This document shows positions 61,206-64,000 of a stretch of DNA of 64,000 nucleotides, piece by piece. Each line of letters opens with the position of its first letter. The first letter of the stretch is position 1. The notes beneath the pieces were generated by a model. It made no database searches. It was given only the letters and a program-made list of their open reading frames with translations, and was not told the origin of the DNA. Both the position numbers and the translations under genes were made by a program. Source of the DNA: Podarcis liolepis (Eukaryota); NCBI GenBank assembly GCA_965112155.1, contig OZ218108.1. One strand, 5' to 3'.

Positions 61206-61871
61206 ACATTGAAAGAAATGAGATGAAAATAAGGCAAGGTAGATGAGGGATATTTGGGTATTATAATTATTGAAACAGATGGCAACACAGACGTTGTTCT
61301 GATGTCCCATAAATTGTTAATAATAGCACAGGAGCTTTTTCAATGGAAGAAATGCATCAGTATGCCCTGTGCATGCCCAAGTAGCTTATGGTATTTCATT
61401 TTGAGACTAAAAAGTAGTGGCCATGAATGTTAGAGGAGGAACTAGAGTGAGTAAAGCATACCAGAGAGATGTATGAAGGCTACTAAACAGACAAAAATCA
61501 CTCATGGTATTCCTCACAAGTGTTGAGTTTTTAGCTCTCCACTCTGGCTGAACTGTCCAGCATCTGTGAAATCATGTGTGCCGTCGTTTTTCTGTAACCA
61601 CTAGGGGTCACACTTTATATCTTATGAATACCTGCTGTGGAGTTCAAATCATAGATGATACAATTACTAGGAAACAAATATGTACACTGGAGGGCTTTGA
61701 AGCAGACACAAAACATAATGCAAGGGAAATTTAACCAGTGATTTAATATCTTAAGAATTGCTGTTTTTGCTACAAATATGTTGGTGCCTAAAACTCTGCT
61801 AGGTGCTGTATGCAAGATTTTTTCTTTTTGGAAAACACGCCTCATCATTTCACTCTGGGCTTCTTCCACAG

Positions 61872-62036
61872 GTACATGGTCTCTACCGCACAACTGGAGC
61901 AAGTTTTGAGAAGGCCCAACAAGAATTTGCAACGGGGGTGATGTCCAACAAAACTGTACAAACTGCTGCAGCTAATGCTGCGTCAACAGCAGCAACTAGT
62001 GCTGCTCAAAATGCTTTCAAGGGTAACCAAATATAG
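61872..62036 (+). CDS. SCAMP1: SCAMP1 exon 9, last coding exon ([54 protein letters not shown])
   Basis: CAG| acceptor, TAG stop; the nine exons total 1020 nt (339 aa plus stop) with consistent phases. Confidence 0.97.
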   Translation, partial: VHGLYRTTGASFEKAQQEFATGVMSNKTVQTAAANAASTAATSAAQNAFKGNQI

Positions 62037-63985
62037 CGAAAAGAAATGGGAAAAAAAATCACTACCATTTTCAGCTGTATTTTCTTTTTCAGTCACTTAT
62101 ATTCCCTAAAGACTTGTGTTAAAAATGCACACAGCATGTATGTCTCTTCGGCTGTGCATGGGCTAAAACAGGAAAAGGTCCTTGTTTCATTACTTTGTAC
62201 ACTTATTTATTCAATCAAAGGTACTTCCTGGCTACTACTCTTAACTGAAAATGGTTCTATTATTCCTCATCTTTTTGGAGGCACGCTATATTTGGTGAAA
62301 ATTTAAAACCGTGAATCTGAAATTGATATGGCAACTTCTGGCGTCAACTTAAATGATTTTTTTTTTTATTTTTTTTTGGCGAAGGGGGGTGGGTTCTTGT
62401 CAATAGCTGTCCCTGGAAACTTTCATTTTGACTTGAGACGAGCACTTTGGATTAACTCCTTCTATTCATAACAACTTGATTCCCTATTTTCTTAACGTAA
62501 GGAATGGGGCAACTGATGGTCTTGAATATGAAATTTTGGCTGCTGCTTTATAGCTTCAGCAGCTGATGAAGGACAAATGTAAGCTTAAAATAAGTATGAT
62601 AGATAATGTAAATTTCTTTCTTTTTTTAGGATAATAGGTCTTTTGATAAAAATCTGAGTTTGCATGAAACAGTTTTGACCATGCTGAGCTAGTGTTTTGG
62701 TCCAGAATTTGTCTCTACCACTATGGTCACAGTATTTGTTGGGATCTGTTTTCATGGTGTGTGGTCTTCTTACAGAAATTTTGGAGCACAGATAGTCTCA
62801 CCAAAATAATATGTGATGCAACAGGCAGTGAGAATTACGTTTAATGGAATCTGAGTGATTATATATGCTATTTTTAATTTCAGTATTCATGTCTTTGGAA
62901 AACATACTGATAAAGAGAACCCATTAACCAATATTTAGAACACTCCCATAGCTAGTCCTTTTTGACCTGTGTTAAAATGCAGTGGAATTTTTGTTGTGCT
63001 TAAGGAGTCTGGCATTTTTTAAGTGTGCACTTGTGTTTAACAATGGTACTAAATCTTTAGCCTTGTCAATCACTCTGTTTATTGCTTGTACAAACATCTG
63101 AATATACAGTATCTTACTGAAATCTTTAAAAACAACCATGGTCTCTAATCAGGCATTTAAAAATGGAATTTAATTATGTACTTGAATTCTTTTTAACATA
63201 CTTCAGCCTTTATGTGTGATTTTTAATCTGAATAAATGCATTTTATAAAATGCAGATTGAGGATGAGTTTTCAGTGCAGTAATAATCAGCTATGTTTGTT
63301 ACACAGAGGTTTTTTCATTTTTAATTCATCTTTGTATCCTGAGTAATCAGCTCTCATTTTAAGGTTGTCATCCCCCCATTGACATTCTGAAGTATATGAA
63401 TTATTGGACTGCAACTTGGAACATATCTTGGATTAACTTTTCAAATAGCATTCAATTGCTGTCATTAAAGACTCTTAATTCTTATATACTGCATAAAGGT
63501 ATTGCAATATAGGTCCTAATCTTAACACACTCTGATCCAATATTTATTTGGGAAAAGTATTATTCAGCTGACCCACTATTGGAAAAATATTCAGCATGGT
63601 CTAAAAGCTATGTCTGGGGTATATTCATATATCTCAAATTACAAACTTTACCTTATATGAATAAACAGGATAAATTTGACAGCTTAATCACAACAGCAAA
63701 TACTAGAAAATAGACTATATGGGAATTACATTTTGTAAACAGTTTTCTATACCTAACACAGAGGGCAAGTCATATCATGGATGTTGTGAGGAATTTGACG
63801 TATTTAGTCCTTGATTAGTAAGAGAAAGTTTAGTTTTCTTTAATGTACATTTTATTTTAATCCTTCATCCTACTTCTGTTGCCCTATAACATTTTTGTTG
63901 CTAATCCTGTAACTTGTATTTGGGGTTGGAGATGAATTTTAATTATAGTTTAAAAATGAATAAATTGTTCTTGAATATTTTTTTT
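62037..63985 (+). other. SCAMP1: SCAMP1 3' UTR with several candidate polyadenylation signals
   Basis: AU-rich with no recognisable repeats; AATAAA at 63231, 63660 and 63959. The true 3' end cannot be fixed from sequence. Confidence 0.65.
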
Positions 63986-64000
63986 TCCTCAGGGGATAAA

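Overview
Eukaryotic (vertebrate) genomic DNA, not prokaryotic. The repeat content (Sauria SINEs, a (CTT)n-tailed CORE SINE, RTE-BovB, CR1, L2, DIRS and Penelope remnants, many MITEs) points to a squamate, probably a lacertid lizard. Two housekeeping genes lie head-to-head about 17.5 kb apart, each with a CpG-island promoter. The first three coding exons of AP3B1 are on the minus strand (ATG at 18806; the gene runs off the left edge). The complete 9-exon SCAMP1 CDS is on the plus strand (36369-62036, 1020 nt, 339 aa) with a ~1.9 kb 3' UTR. The best observations are: (1) a candidate unannotated alternative first coding exon in AP3B1 intron 1 (6680-6816), with the same length (137 nt) and splice phase as the canonical exon 1; (2) three minimal type I hammerhead-ribozyme cores in Penelope-like remnants between the two promoters; (3) a 96-nt stop-free, in-frame SCAMP1 intron 3 whose retention would add a hydrophobic 32-aa insert; (4) a perfect 26-bp pre-miRNA-like hairpin; (5) a hAT MITE apparently mobilised from a cryptic internal end; (6) a three-level CR1/Penelope/Tc1-mariner nesting next to the SCAMP1 promoter. 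All gene and repeat names come from my recall of the families; no database search was run.
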